Under the pieces are notes generated by a model. It saw nothing but the letters and a program-made list of their open reading frames with translations. It had not been told where the DNA came from and ran no database searches. Source: an uncultured Actinomycetes bacterium (GTDB taxonomy: Bacteria > Actinomycetota > Acidimicrobiia > Spongiisociales > DATADW01). Taken from it: 64,000 bases of DNA. Shown here one piece after another: positions 41,844 to 51,284 of the stretch (position 1 is its first letter; each line of letters begins with the position of its first letter). Where the stretch lies: positions 1 to 64,000 of the forward strand of contig CAWGRK010000008.1 in NCBI GenBank assembly GCA_963824995.1, read 5' to 3'. A program made the translations under genes and the position numbers.

Positions 41844-42881
41844 ATGGTCCGAATCGCAATCGGCACGGTCAAAGGAGCGTTCTTCGCCGAGGGTTCAGGC
41901 GATCGATGGGAATTCGAGGAGCAGGTGCTCCCCGGTTGGGAGGTGACCGCCTTCGGCAGCGACAGCGAGGGCAACGCCCTTCTGGCAACCGGCAGCAGTT
42001 GGTACGGGGTGGCGCTCCATCGAAAGGGGCCCGATGGTTCGTGGAACCAACTTCCCAACGGACCGGCCTACCCCGAGGGTCTCGATCGCAAGCTCAACCA
42101 GATCTGGACGATCGAGCGATTCGGCGACACATTGTGGGCCGGGGTGGACGAGGCTGGGGTCTTCAAGAGCATCGACAACGGGGAGAATTGGGAGCCGGTC
42201 GAGGGGCTCAACGAGCATCCCACCCGCGAGCACTGGCAGCCGGGGTTTGGGGGGCTCTGCGCCCACCGCTTGCTCTCCGACGAAAAGCACCGTCGGATGT
42301 GGGTGGGTATATCTGCGGTCGGAGTGTTTCGCTCGGAGGATGGCGGCGCCACTTGGACGCCGGCGAACCAGGGGATTTCGCAGACGGCCCCCGATGAGCG
42401 TGCTCCTGACATCGGCTATTGCGTCCACGGTCTGGCTGCCGACCCGGCCCAACCCGACAAGATATGGCGTCAGGACCACATGGGGGTGTTTCGCACCACC
42501 GATGGCGGCGACAGCTGGGAGAAGATCGAGGAAGGCCTGCCGGCCGGGTTCGGTTTCGCGATGGTGCGCGATGCGCAGTCGGGCCGGCTTTTCGTTGTGC
42601 CGCTTGCGGCAGACGAGAACCGGACCCCGCCCGGTGGCCGCCTCACCGCATATATGAGCGACAACGGGGGCGACAGTTGGCAGCCCGCCGGCACCGGGCT
42701 ACCCGACCATCCCGTCTACGCCGGGGTGCTGCGGGGGGCCATTACGGGTGATGGGGAGGGCACCATCGCCTTCGGCACCACAGCCGGGACCGTCCACGTA
42801 ACCGAAGATGCCGGCGACCACTGGTTCAATCTCGATCTGACCCTTCCCCGCATACTGGCCGTCGGCATAGAAACCTCCTGA
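41844..42881 (+). CDS. BNR/Asp-box beta-propeller protein (sialidase-like fold, function unknown)
   Basis: Asp-boxes SIDNGENW, SEDGGATW, TTDGGDSW, SDNGGDSW, TEDAGDHW. Confidence 0.88.
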   Translation: MVRIAIGTVKGAFFAEGSGDRWEFEEQVLPGWEVTAFGSDSEGNALLATGSSWYGVALHRKGPDGSWNQLPNGPAYPEGLDRKLNQIWTIERFGDTLWAGVDEAGVFKSIDNGENWEPVEGLNEHPTREHWQPGFGGLCAHRLLSDEKHRRMWVGISAVGVFRSEDGGATWTPANQGISQTAPDERAPDIGYCVHGLAADPAQPDKIWRQDHMGVFRTTDGGDSWEKIEEGLPAGFGFAMVRDAQSGRLFVVPLAADENRTPPGGRLTAYMSDNGGDSWQPAGTGLPDHPVYAGVLRGAITGDGEGTIAFGTTAGTVHVTEDAGDHWFNLDLTLPRILAVGIETS

Positions 42882-42883
42882 CG

Positions 42884-43159
42884 GTGGCTCAGGTCCGGCT
42901 GCCGCGCATGCTCGCCGACCTGGCGGGGGTAGAGCGCACCTTCGACGTGGAAGCCACCAGCGCCGGCGGGGTGTTGGACGCTCTCATCGAGCTTCATCCG
43001 GAGTTGCGCGTCCACCTCTTCGATGAGAGCGGATGGCTCCGACCCAACGTGCTGCTCTTCGCCGACGGCGAGGGCATCCGGGAGCGGGATGAACTCGACC
43101 GATCGATCGGCCCCGATGGAGAAGTGGTCATCCTGCAGAGTGTTGCCGGCGGGGCATAG
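42884..43159 (+). CDS. MoaD/ThiS family ubiquitin-like protein
   Basis: VRLP..L, LFDESG.LRPNV, C-terminus SVAGGA. Confidence 0.9.
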   Translation: MAQVRLPRMLADLAGVERTFDVEATSAGGVLDALIELHPELRVHLFDESGWLRPNVLLFADGEGIRERDELDRSIGPDGEVVILQSVAGGA

Positions 43160-43202
43160 GACGGCGGACGGCGGACGTAAATCACGGCGGACGGCGGACG
43201 GC
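43159..43202 (+). repeat. GGACGGC heptamer cluster after the ubiquitin-like gene stop
   Basis: ggacggc ggacggc ggacg ... acggc ggacggc ggacggc. Confidence 0.85.
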
Positions 43203-43289
43203 AGCCGGAGGACGGGCCGACGGCCCGGGCCTGCGTTGACAGCGCTCCCGGCTAGCGTCCGGTGAGCGGCAATTTTCGGGAGGCGTCAC

Positions 43290-43613
43290 ATGGAGCAGGG
43301 TCGGTTGCGACCAGTGGAACGGGTGGTCCTCCGTATGCGGGACGAGGGGCAGAGCATTGATGACATTGCCGGGCGGATCCGGCGCAGCCCCGAGCACGTC
43401 GAGCGGATCCTGGCGTGGTCCACATGGCCTCGCCGCGGAACGTCGGGTCACCGTAAGGGTCTGAGCCCATTGGAGCGGCGCGTGTTGACAATGCGCGCCG
43501 AGGGGATGGACCACGAGGAGATGGCTCTCCGGTTTCGTCGCAGTCCCACGCACATGCGCCGGGTCGAAGGAATGGCCCACCTCAAGCTGGGCTACGGACT
43601 GATCTCCGGCTGA
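43290..43613 (+). CDS. Small protein with two tandem sigma4/LuxR-like HTH repeats
   Basis: LRPVERVVLRMRDEG..IAGRIRRSPEHVERI aligns with LSPLERRVLTMRAEG..MALRFRRSPTHMRRV; GGAGG RBS. Confidence 0.7.
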   Translation: MEQGRLRPVERVVLRMRDEGQSIDDIAGRIRRSPEHVERILAWSTWPRRGTSGHRKGLSPLERRVLTMRAEGMDHEEMALRFRRSPTHMRRVEGMAHLKLGYGLISG

Positions 43614-44092
43614 GACGAGGGGGCGGCGTCCGCCGGGGCGGCGCCGGGCTGGGGGATTTCTGCTGAAGGGTCCACCAAGGGCGCCGTGATCGTTGACTCG
43701 CCCTTCGGCTTCGTCGGTCTGGACACGATGAACACCGCAAGCGCGATGGCCAGAACGGCCAGGCCGATGGCGACAGGGCGGTTGTCGCGCGCGAACCAGA
43801 TCGACACCGAGAAGGTGACCACCAGAGCGACCACCGCGATGATCTTCGCCCTGACCGTGAAGCCTGCCCCGGACCGCCAATCACGGACTATCGGCCCGAA
43901 GACGCGATGGTTGAGCATCCACTGGTCGAAGCGTTCCGAGGAGCGGGCGAAACACCAGGCGGCGAGGAGTACCGGGCCGGTCGTCGGGATCAAGGGAAGC
44001 CACACCCCTACGATGCCGATGGCGAGCATGACGATCCCGAGCGTGAGGTAGATCGCCCGCTTGGCGCGGCTGCGAGCGACAGTGCTGGACAT
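43592..44092 (-). CDS. YbaN (DUF454) family membrane protein
   Basis: GIVGVWLPLIPTT..LLAAWCFARSS..HRVFGP. Confidence 0.9.
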   Translation of the reverse strand: MSSTVARSRAKRAIYLTLGIVMLAIGIVGVWLPLIPTTGPVLLAAWCFARSSERFDQWMLNHRVFGPIVRDWRSGAGFTVRAKIIAVVALVVTFSVSIWFARDNRPVAIGLAVLAIALAVFIVSRPTKPKGESTITAPLVDPSAEIPQPGAAPADAAPSSQPEISP

Positions 44093-44161
44093 CCTGGTTG
44101 AGGGTATCTGCGGGATTCGTCAACACAGTGTCGGAAAAGCGCATTAGGACAGGAGGCCTAG

Positions 44162-44389
44162 GTGGCAGAGAAGAAGAAGAAGAAGACCTGGAACGACTTC
44201 AGCAGCGGGCAGAAGGCGGCGATGATCGTGATGGGGTTGATCCAGGTGACCTTGTTGATCGCCGCGCAGCGCGACATTGGACGGCGGCGCGATTCGGAGA
44301 TCAATGGGTCGAAGGGGATGTGGCGAGCGCTGGCCTTCGTCAATTTTGTCGGGCCGTTGTCCTGGTTCGTCTTCGGCCGTAAGCGCTGA
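44162..44389 (+). CDS. PLDc N-terminal-like small membrane protein
   Basis: RDI..R..INGSKGMW....VNFVGPLSWFVFGR; AGGAGG RBS. Confidence 0.8.
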   Translation: MAEKKKKKTWNDFSSGQKAAMIVMGLIQVTLLIAAQRDIGRRRDSEINGSKGMWRALAFVNFVGPLSWFVFGRKR

Positions 44390-45355
44390 TCAGGGGCACA
44401 TCAACGACAGCATCTCGTAAACGACGTTGGCTGCCGCGATTGATGTGACGTCGGCGTGGTCGTAGGCGGGCGCCACCTCGACCACGTCCGCACCGACGAG
44501 ATCGACGCCGCGCAACCCGCGCAGGATCCCCATCAATTCCCGTGTCGAGAACCCGCCGACCTCGGGGGTCCCCGTCGCCGGGGCGAAAGCAGGGTCGAGG
44601 ACGTCGATGTCGAGCGACAGATAGAGCGGCCTATCACCCACCTGCTCGACGATGCGTTCCACGTAACCGTCTATCCCGATCTGTTCGATATCCCAAGTCC
44701 CGAGGACGGTAAAGCCAAAACCGGCGTCCTCTCCCAGGTCCTCAGGCCCGTACTTCGAGCCACGGATGCCGATGTGCATCGAATGACCGGGGGCGAACAG
44801 ACCCTCTTCGGCCGCTCTGCGGAACGGGGTCCCATGGGTGTATGCCGCATTCATGTAGGTGTCGTAGGTGTCCACGTGGGCGTCGAAGTGCACCAGCGCA
44901 ACCGGCCCGTGTCTCTTGTGGACCGACCTGAGCAGCGGGAACGCAATGGTGTGGTCGCCGCCAAGGGTGATGATGCGCCCGGATCCTTGCGACAACTCGT
45001 CGGCGGCGGCCTCGATGGTGGCGATGGCGTCATCGATCACGTAGGTGCTGCACGGGATGTCGCCGGCGTCCACCACCTGCTGTCCGCCGAACGGGTAGAT
45101 CTCGAGATCGGGATGCCAGTTGCGCAGGGTGCGCGCCCCGTTTCGTATCCCGATCGGGCCGAAGCGGGCTCCGGGCCGGTAGCTGGTACCGATGTCGAAC
45201 GGCGCCCCCACGATCGCCACATCCCACGCTTGCACCTGGTCCACCCTTGGCAGTCGGGCGAATGTGGGCGGTCCCATGAACCGGGGATAGAGACGCCCGT
45301 CGGGCGGCCCCGCTCTCCCCTCGTGCTCACTGAACGGCGTGCCGATCAGCGACAC
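44390..45355 (-). CDS. Ureohydrolase (agmatinase/guanidinobutyrase-like)
   Basis: RPGARFGP, GGDHT, DAHVDT, HGTPF, SLDIDVLDP, TGTPE, EVAPAYD. Confidence 0.93.
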   Translation of the reverse strand: MSLIGTPFSEHEGRAGPPDGRLYPRFMGPPTFARLPRVDQVQAWDVAIVGAPFDIGTSYRPGARFGPIGIRNGARTLRNWHPDLEIYPFGGQQVVDAGDIPCSTYVIDDAIATIEAAADELSQGSGRIITLGGDHTIAFPLLRSVHKRHGPVALVHFDAHVDTYDTYMNAAYTHGTPFRRAAEEGLFAPGHSMHIGIRGSKYGPEDLGEDAGFGFTVLGTWDIEQIGIDGYVERIVEQVGDRPLYLSLDIDVLDPAFAPATGTPEVGGFSTRELMGILRGLRGVDLVGADVVEVAPAYDHADVTSIAAANVVYEMLSLMCP

Positions 45356-45374
45356 GGCTTCAGCCAGCGCGGCA

Positions 45375-45390
45375 ATAGCTCGTAAGCTAT
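45375..45390. promoter_or_regulatory. Operator candidate in the ureohydrolase/ABC divergent promoter
   Basis: Palindrome ATAGCT-cgta-AGCTAT; shares CTCGTAWGCTA with the 50412-50431 site. Confidence 0.55.
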
Positions 45391-45438
45391 CATCCCATCA
45401 TGTTAGCTCGGCTTCGACGTCGGGGAGGCGGGTGACCC

Positions 45439-46503
45439 ATGAGACACCGTGTGACAGGTTTCGCGCTTCTGGCGCTGGTGACATTGGCGGCATGCGGCGG
45501 CGCGGTCGGGGGTGATGACACCCAGGCGGCCGAGGGCGAGGCTTCGATGCGATTCGTGTTCTCCCCCGACCCGGTGTGGAACTGGCTCGAGGACGAGGGA
45601 ATTCTCGCCGAGATGGAAGAAGAGGCGGGGATGACGATCGAGCGAAACGAGTCCGAGGACGAGTTCGCCTTTTTCGCCGGCGGCCACGCCGACATCGTTT
45701 CTACCGGGAGTTATGAGACCCCGGTGCTCGAGGTCGAGACCGATGTCGAGACGGTGACGATCGGCAAATACAACAAGGCCAAGGACATCGTCGTTGTCGC
45801 CGCCGATTCGGGATACGCCACATTCGACGACCTCGAGCAAGGCTGCAAGGTGGGTGTCGAGTCGTTCAGCGGCTCGACGATCGTATGGATCGCCTTGGCG
45901 CAGGACCAGCACGGGCGGACCCTGGGCGAGGGGCCCGAAGATCTCCAGATGGCGATCACCGACTTCAACACGGCACCGGAACTGGTGCTCAGTGGCGACC
46001 TGTGCGCCGGTGTCTCCTCGATCTACAACACCATCCCGTACTTCATGGAGGAGGAGATCACCGGTCTGTACGACACCCAGTCGGCCTCCCAGCTCTACGG
46101 CGAGTTGTACGTCCCCGGGCACGAGGGGATGAACAGCAACAACTTCGTCGTCACCAAGACCTGGTACGACGAGCATCCCGAAGAAGTCGCCTTCTTCCTC
46201 AGCGTCTGGGACCGCGGCCTCCAGGAATGGGCCGACAACCGCGACGCCATCCTCGAGGCGTACCCCGAGGACTTCGGTTACACCAACGATGAGGAACTGG
46301 CGTTCCTGAAGGAGTGGTACGACAACCAGTTCAACGAGTTCGTTGACACGGTCTATCTCGACGAGGAGTGGATCGAGGGTGAGGCACAGGTGACCGACCT
46401 GCTCATCAGCGGTGGTGTGGTTCCCGAGGGAACTACCGCACCTCTCCACGCCTGCATCGATCCGGAGTCCGGCGAGGAGACCTGCCTCCTACCATCGTCT
46501 TGA
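45439..46503 (+). CDS. ABC substrate-binding lipoprotein (NitT/TauT type)
   Basis: Lipobox LAAC, very acidic, first gene of a TauABC-like operon. Confidence 0.8.
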   Translation: MRHRVTGFALLALVTLAACGGAVGGDDTQAAEGEASMRFVFSPDPVWNWLEDEGILAEMEEEAGMTIERNESEDEFAFFAGGHADIVSTGSYETPVLEVETDVETVTIGKYNKAKDIVVVAADSGYATFDDLEQGCKVGVESFSGSTIVWIALAQDQHGRTLGEGPEDLQMAITDFNTAPELVLSGDLCAGVSSIYNTIPYFMEEEITGLYDTQSASQLYGELYVPGHEGMNSNNFVVTKTWYDEHPEEVAFFLSVWDRGLQEWADNRDAILEAYPEDFGYTNDEELAFLKEWYDNQFNEFVDTVYLDEEWIEGEAQVTDLLISGGVVPEGTTAPLHACIDPESGEETCLLPSS

Positions 46504-46525
46504 TCCCAAGGGTCTCGGAGCGACA

Positions 46526-47416
46526 ATGGTCTCTCCCGCCATCCCCGAGATAGCGCCGCCCTCCGAACAGACCGGGCTTGTCCCGCCGGTCAGACCGAAG
46601 CGGGCCGCCAACGCCCGTTGGAAGCCGGTCGCCTATTCGCTGGCGGGAGCCATCAGCTTCCTCGTGGTCTGGCAGGTCGTTTCGGGTTACACCAGGACCG
46701 AGTTCGACCTCCTCCCCGGCCCGCTCGAGGTGGCGCAGCGGATGGGCGACTACATCTTCGGCAACGAGGCGGAAGGCATCCCGGCCGGCTGGGTGTTCGT
46801 CAACTTCTGGGACACCTTCCGCAAGACCCTCTACGGCTTCTTCGGCGCCCTCATGATCGGCGTGCCGGTCGGGATCCTCATGGGTCGCTACCGGTATGCG
46901 AAGAACTTCTTCTTCGACTTCATCTACCTGGCGGCGAATGTCCCCCTGATCGTCTACGCAATCCTCGGGTTGCTGATATTCGGCATCGGGGATGCCGGCC
47001 CCGCATTCGTGGTCGGGCTGTTGGTGCTTCCGGTGATCGCCCTCAATGTGGCGGCCGGGGTGGAGGGTGTGGACAGGAACCTGATCTCGATGAGTCGCTC
47101 GTATGGGCTGAAGACCCAGACCGCCATGCGACACATCGTCATCCCGTCGCTGGCTCCGTTCCTCTTCGCCGGGTCGCGTGCCTCGTTCGCCGCCTCGTGG
47201 AAGCTGGCAGCGCTGGCCGAGACGTTCGGCGGCACCACAGGGGTCGGAGTGCAGATCCGGAAGGCCTTCCAGGGGTTCTCCGTGACCGACATGCTGGCGT
47301 GGATGATGTTCTTCGTGATCTTCGTGGTGGTGATCGAACGGGTGGTCCTGATGAGGCTGGAGAGGTGGGTGTTCCGCTACCGGCTCAAGCGGGGCGAGGA
47401 CATCCTCCGCTTCTGA
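46526..47416 (+). CDS. ABC permease (TauC/SsuC-like)
   Basis: LLPGPLEV, VDRNLISMSRSYG, HIVIPS, AETFG. Confidence 0.9.
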   Translation: MVSPAIPEIAPPSEQTGLVPPVRPKRAANARWKPVAYSLAGAISFLVVWQVVSGYTRTEFDLLPGPLEVAQRMGDYIFGNEAEGIPAGWVFVNFWDTFRKTLYGFFGALMIGVPVGILMGRYRYAKNFFFDFIYLAANVPLIVYAILGLLIFGIGDAGPAFVVGLLVLPVIALNVAAGVEGVDRNLISMSRSYGLKTQTAMRHIVIPSLAPFLFAGSRASFAASWKLAALAETFGGTTGVGVQIRKAFQGFSVTDMLAWMMFFVIFVVVIERVVLMRLERWVFRYRLKRGEDILRF

Positions 47417-48303
47417 TGACGACCACCGCCGCCGCCGCTCGCCCCGACACGGGCAACGCCGTGCTTGCTTTCCTCCGCCGCGACCGGATCGCCAGGTGGA
47501 CGTCCCGGCTCCTCCTGCTCCTCCTCTGGCAACTCGCCGGACAGCTCAGCGCCCGGTTCCCCACACCGGTGGAGACGATCGAAATCCTCGTCCAGGAGTT
47601 CCAGACACCGTTCGACCGGGGCGAATGGGGGTTCTTCAACAACGAGTTGGTGACCAACCTGCTCGTCTCCATCAACCGCACGGGCCTGTCATTGGTGTTC
47701 ATCATCCTCATCGGCGTCCCACTCGGATACGCCATGGGCCGGTGGTGGCGGGTGCAGGCCTACTTCACCGACCTGGTCACGGTGGGCTTGGCCATGCCTG
47801 CCTACATGTGGGCCCTGCTTGGCGTCATGTGGTTCGGTTTCGGAATCAGGGCACCGGTCTTCTGCGCTGTCGTGTCGGCCACCCCCGGGTTGATCGTCCA
47901 TGTCCTCCAGGGAAGCCTCTCGATCCCCCGTGAGCTCAGGGACATGTCCGATGCCTTCGATGTCCCCGGCTCTACCCGGATGCGGCACCTGGCGCTGCCA
48001 TCGATGGCGAGCGCCCTCATCGCCGGGATCAGGCTCGCCATCGTGGCCGCCTGGGGCTGTGTCGTTCTGGTCGAGTGGTTCGGGAGCAACGAAGGGGCGG
48101 GGTTCCGCGCCCGTGACTGGTACCAGTCGGCGGCCAACTACAACGGGCTGATGGCCTGGGGCATAGTTGTCCTGGTGGTGGTGATCATCGTCGACCGGGT
48201 GATCATCGAGAGGATCGACCAGAGAGTCCACAGGTGGCGGCAGTCGGTCGGTGACTTCGGCGCCGCCAAGAACATCCCGATGGACGCGATAGAGGAGTTC
48301 TGA
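47416..48303 (+). CDS. ABC permease (TauC/SsuC-like), second subunit
   Basis: TGATG overlap; FPTP, IPRELRDMSDAF, LALPS, LVEWFG. Confidence 0.88.
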   Translation: MTTTAAAARPDTGNAVLAFLRRDRIARWTSRLLLLLLWQLAGQLSARFPTPVETIEILVQEFQTPFDRGEWGFFNNELVTNLLVSINRTGLSLVFIILIGVPLGYAMGRWWRVQAYFTDLVTVGLAMPAYMWALLGVMWFGFGIRAPVFCAVVSATPGLIVHVLQGSLSIPRELRDMSDAFDVPGSTRMRHLALPSMASALIAGIRLAIVAAWGCVVLVEWFGSNEGAGFRARDWYQSAANYNGLMAWGIVVLVVVIIVDRVIIERIDQRVHRWRQSVGDFGAAKNIPMDAIEEF

Positions 48304-48304
48304 G

Positions 48305-49096
48305 TTGGCGATTCTCAAAGCCAGCAAGGTCGTCAAGGAGTTCCCTCCGCCGACGAAGCACCAGCCGACGGTGAGAGCGCTCGACGGGATCGATTTCGAG
48401 ATATCCGGTCAGACCTTCGTCACCATGGTGGGGCCGTCGGGCTGTGGGAAGAGCACCTTCCTCAACATCGTGTCGGGCGTGGAAACGCCCACCTCGGGGT
48501 CGATTCGGGTCACGGCTGACGACGGATCGCAGGCGACACTCGGGTACGTGTTCCAGGACCCCCGGCTGCTCCCATGGCGGACGGTCATCGACAATCTGAT
48601 GTACGTGCATCACGACAAGACCGACGAGAACCGCGAGCGAGTCTCCAGGTACCTCGACATGGTCGGACTGCGGGGGTTCGAGCAGATGTACCCGGCGCAC
48701 CTCTCGGGGGGGATGCAGCAGAGGGTGGGTATCGCCCGCGCCTTCTCGGTGGAGCCGGATCTCTTGCTGATGGACGAACCGTTCAGCCACCTCGACGCCA
48801 TCACGGCGCGCTCGCTGCGCGAGGAGCTGCAGGCCATCTGGCAGCGGACCCGCAAGACCGTCCTCTTCGTGACGCACGACGTGCTCGAGGCGGTCCAGCT
48901 ATCCGACCGGATAATCATCGTCGCCTACGGTGGTCGGAACTACGCAGACATCACCATCGACCTCCCCTACCCGCGGCTCCAGACCGACCGGGAGGTGGCA
49001 GGTCTCCAAGCGGACATCCTCGAGGTGTTCAACGAGATGGAGGCCAAGCGGAAGACCAGCGACCCCCGCCTCTCCCCCGGATCTATTACGACCTAG
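48305..49096 (+). CDS. ABC ATP-binding protein (TauB/SsuB-like)
   Basis: GPSGCGKST, VFQDPRLLPW, LSGGMQQR, MDEPFSHLD, FVTHD. Confidence 0.95.
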   Translation: MAILKASKVVKEFPPPTKHQPTVRALDGIDFEISGQTFVTMVGPSGCGKSTFLNIVSGVETPTSGSIRVTADDGSQATLGYVFQDPRLLPWRTVIDNLMYVHHDKTDENRERVSRYLDMVGLRGFEQMYPAHLSGGMQQRVGIARAFSVEPDLLLMDEPFSHLDAITARSLREELQAIWQRTRKTVLFVTHDVLEAVQLSDRIIIVAYGGRNYADITIDLPYPRLQTDREVAGLQADILEVFNEMEAKRKTSDPRLSPGSITT

Positions 49097-50073
49097 ATCT
49101 CGAGCAGGCGAGCCGGGTTGTGCTCGAGGATCGCCTTCTTCTCCTCGGGGGTCAGCGATGGCAGACCATTGATCCAGTTGACCGGATCGTCGAGGAACAT
49201 CGGTGCCGGGTAGTCGGTGCCGAGAACGACCTGGTCCACGCCCACCATGTCGATGAGGAATCGGAGGGTGGCCTCGGTGTAGGTGCACGAGTCGTAATAG
49301 AACCGGCCGAGGTACTCGCTGGGGGCACGCTCGAGGAAGGTGCGGGAGTCGTCGAACTCGGGCATGTTCTCCAAGGCGCCCGCCTTCCATCCCTTGTCCA
49401 TCCGCGCCGCTCCGAATGCCGTGTAGCCGCCGGCATGGCCGAGACACAGCTTGAGTCCCGGGTACCTGTCCATGATCCCCCCATAGACCAACGTGGCGAA
49501 AGTGATCGCTCTCTCGGTCAGGTTGCCGATGACGTTGGGTATCCCGTATCGCTCGGTCCGGTTCTCGACGACGGTCGAGCTTGCCTGGTGGAAGAAGACC
49601 ACGGCACCCAACTCCTCGACCGCCGCCCAGAACGGGTAGAAACGGCTGTCGTCGAGCGTGACCCCGTTGACGTGGTCGCCGATGGTTATCCCCTTGAAGC
49701 CCATGTCTCCCATGGCACCGGCCATCATCTCGATGGCGGTGGGGACATCCTGTAGCGGCACCGATGCCAGACCCAGATAGCGGTCGGGGTAGGCGTCCAT
49801 CATCTCCTTTAGCGCCGCGTTGCACTCGGTGGCGATCTCGGTGGTCACTTCAGGCGCCAGGTCGTATCGGAAGAAACCGGTGTTGATGGTGAGGACATGG
49901 ACATCCACACCCATCTCGTCCATCTCGGTGAGCCGGTCCTCGGCGCTGATACTGAACTTCGGGATATGGAGCTCGCCGACGTCGGGGCCGAGCGAGTGCC
50001 ACTGTCCGTCGCGTTCGATGGCGTCAACGAAGACGCGCGGCGTCACATGGTTGTGGATGTCGATGACGGCCAA
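49093..50073 (-). CDS. Amidohydrolase family 2 (ACMSD/LigW-like decarboxylase or hydratase)
   Basis: IDIHNH, VPLQD, FFH, LGHAGG, YYDS, LGTDYP. Confidence 0.9.
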   Translation of the reverse strand: MAVIDIHNHVTPRVFVDAIERDGQWHSLGPDVGELHIPKFSISAEDRLTEMDEMGVDVHVLTINTGFFRYDLAPEVTTEIATECNAALKEMMDAYPDRYLGLASVPLQDVPTAIEMMAGAMGDMGFKGITIGDHVNGVTLDDSRFYPFWAAVEELGAVVFFHQASSTVVENRTERYGIPNVIGNLTERAITFATLVYGGIMDRYPGLKLCLGHAGGYTAFGAARMDKGWKAGALENMPEFDDSRTFLERAPSEYLGRFYYDSCTYTEATLRFLIDMVGVDQVVLGTDYPAPMFLDDPVNWINGLPSLTPEEKKAILEHNPARLLEI

Positions 50074-50085
50074 GACGCTCTCCCG

Positions 50086-50382
50086 CTAGATGTTGAACTG
50101 GACCCGGGCCGTGATCTCCTTCTGGGTGACCGAGGCCACCAGGTCGGAGGCCTGGTTCATCACCGGATGGGCGAAATACGACTCGAGACCGGCAACGTCC
50201 TCGAAGTCGGCCACCAGCACCATGTCCCAGTTGTTGGGGTTGCGCTCGATGTCGAAACCCACCGTGTACTCGACGACGGAAGGCACGGTTCCCTTGAGCG
50301 CGGCGAGCGAGTCACGGGCAGCCGCCTTTTGTTCGTCGGTGACCCCGTCCTTCCACTTGAACATGGCGACATGACGAAGCAC
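50086..50382 (-). CDS. Dabb (stress-responsive A/B barrel) protein
   Basis: LRHVAMFKWK, LVADFED, YFAHP. Confidence 0.88.
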   Translation of the reverse strand: MLRHVAMFKWKDGVTDEQKAAARDSLAALKGTVPSVVEYTVGFDIERNPNNWDMVLVADFEDVAGLESYFAHPVMNQASDLVASVTQKEITARVQFNI

Positions 50383-50411
50383 GAGTCGATCCTCCGGGTG
50401 CGATAACTTGT

Positions 50412-50431
50412 TGTCCTAGCATACGAGGATA
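50412..50431. promoter_or_regulatory. Operator candidate between the divergent Dabb and GntR genes
   Basis: Imperfect palindrome TGTCCTAGCATACGAGGATA. Confidence 0.55.
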
Positions 50432-50480
50432 TCAGCTACGTCAGCACCGGCCACTGGAAGGAACGAGTCCGTTGAGTCGC

Positions 50481-51284
50481 ATGATGAGCGGGGACATGCG
50501 CCCCATCGACCACCACAGCCCCGTCCCCTATTACTACCAACTCGCCGACATCCTGCGTGAAGCCATCGATCGAGGAACGTGGGATGTAGATGAGCTGATC
50601 CCCGCCGAGGGGACTCTCACCGAGATGTTCGGGGTGAGCCGAAGCGTCACCCGCAAGGCGCTCGATCTGCTCGAGGGTGAGGGGCGGGTGCTTCGTGTCA
50701 AGGGCAAGGGAACCCTGGTGGTTCCCCCCAAGTTCGCCTACGAGGCGGTGGATGCAGCAGGGAACTGGTTCGCACAGAGGGGACACCCGCTTCGTCTGGG
50801 CAAGATCATCAGCGCCGGGAGGTCCGCCGCCGGTGGCCACCTCGGGAAACTTCTCGACTTGTCGCCGAGGGATCAGGTGTGGGAGATCGCTCTCACCCAC
50901 GAACTCGATGGCGCCCCGGTGGCTCTCAGTCAGATGTACCTACGTATCCAAGGGACGCTGACCGTGGGTGCACCCCCCGACTTCCAGCCCGGGGGTCCTG
51001 ACATCATCCAACAGTTGGCGGCCAAGTACGGGGTCGAGATCGTCAACTCCCAACTGGAGATCGAGATCGCCCAGGCCTCTCCGGCCGAGGCAGAGCACCT
51101 CGGTGTCGAGCGAGCCGCTCCGGTGGTCCAGGTCTCCTCGCTCGACTTCGACAATGCGGGGCGGGTGGTCGGTTTCACCCGGACGGCATTCCGCACCGAG
51201 CACTTCTTCTTCACCGCCGACCTGCGACGAAAGGTGGCGGCGGCGGCTCAGGTGTCGGCCCTGGTGGCCAAGGCGAGCACCTAG
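50481..51284 (+). CDS. GntR family regulator, HutC/UTRA subfamily
   Basis: PYYYQLADIL, IPAE, FGVSRSVTRKAL, KGKGTLV; UTRA-like C-terminal domain; exact start uncertain. Confidence 0.92.
   Translation: MMSGDMRPIDHHSPVPYYYQLADILREAIDRGTWDVDELIPAEGTLTEMFGVSRSVTRKALDLLEGEGRVLRVKGKGTLVVPPKFAYEAVDAAGNWFAQRGHPLRLGKIISAGRSAAGGHLGKLLDLSPRDQVWEIALTHELDGAPVALSQMYLRIQGTLTVGAPPDFQPGGPDIIQQLAAKYGVEIVNSQLEIEIAQASPAEAEHLGVERAAPVVQVSSLDFDNAGRVVGFTRTAFRTEHFFFTADLRRKVAAAAQVSALVAKAST

Noticed and set aside
39860..42058. 732-aa version of the GH13 gene
   Set aside because: The first ~104 aa overlap the divergent propeller gene; ATG 41746 is the more plausible start.
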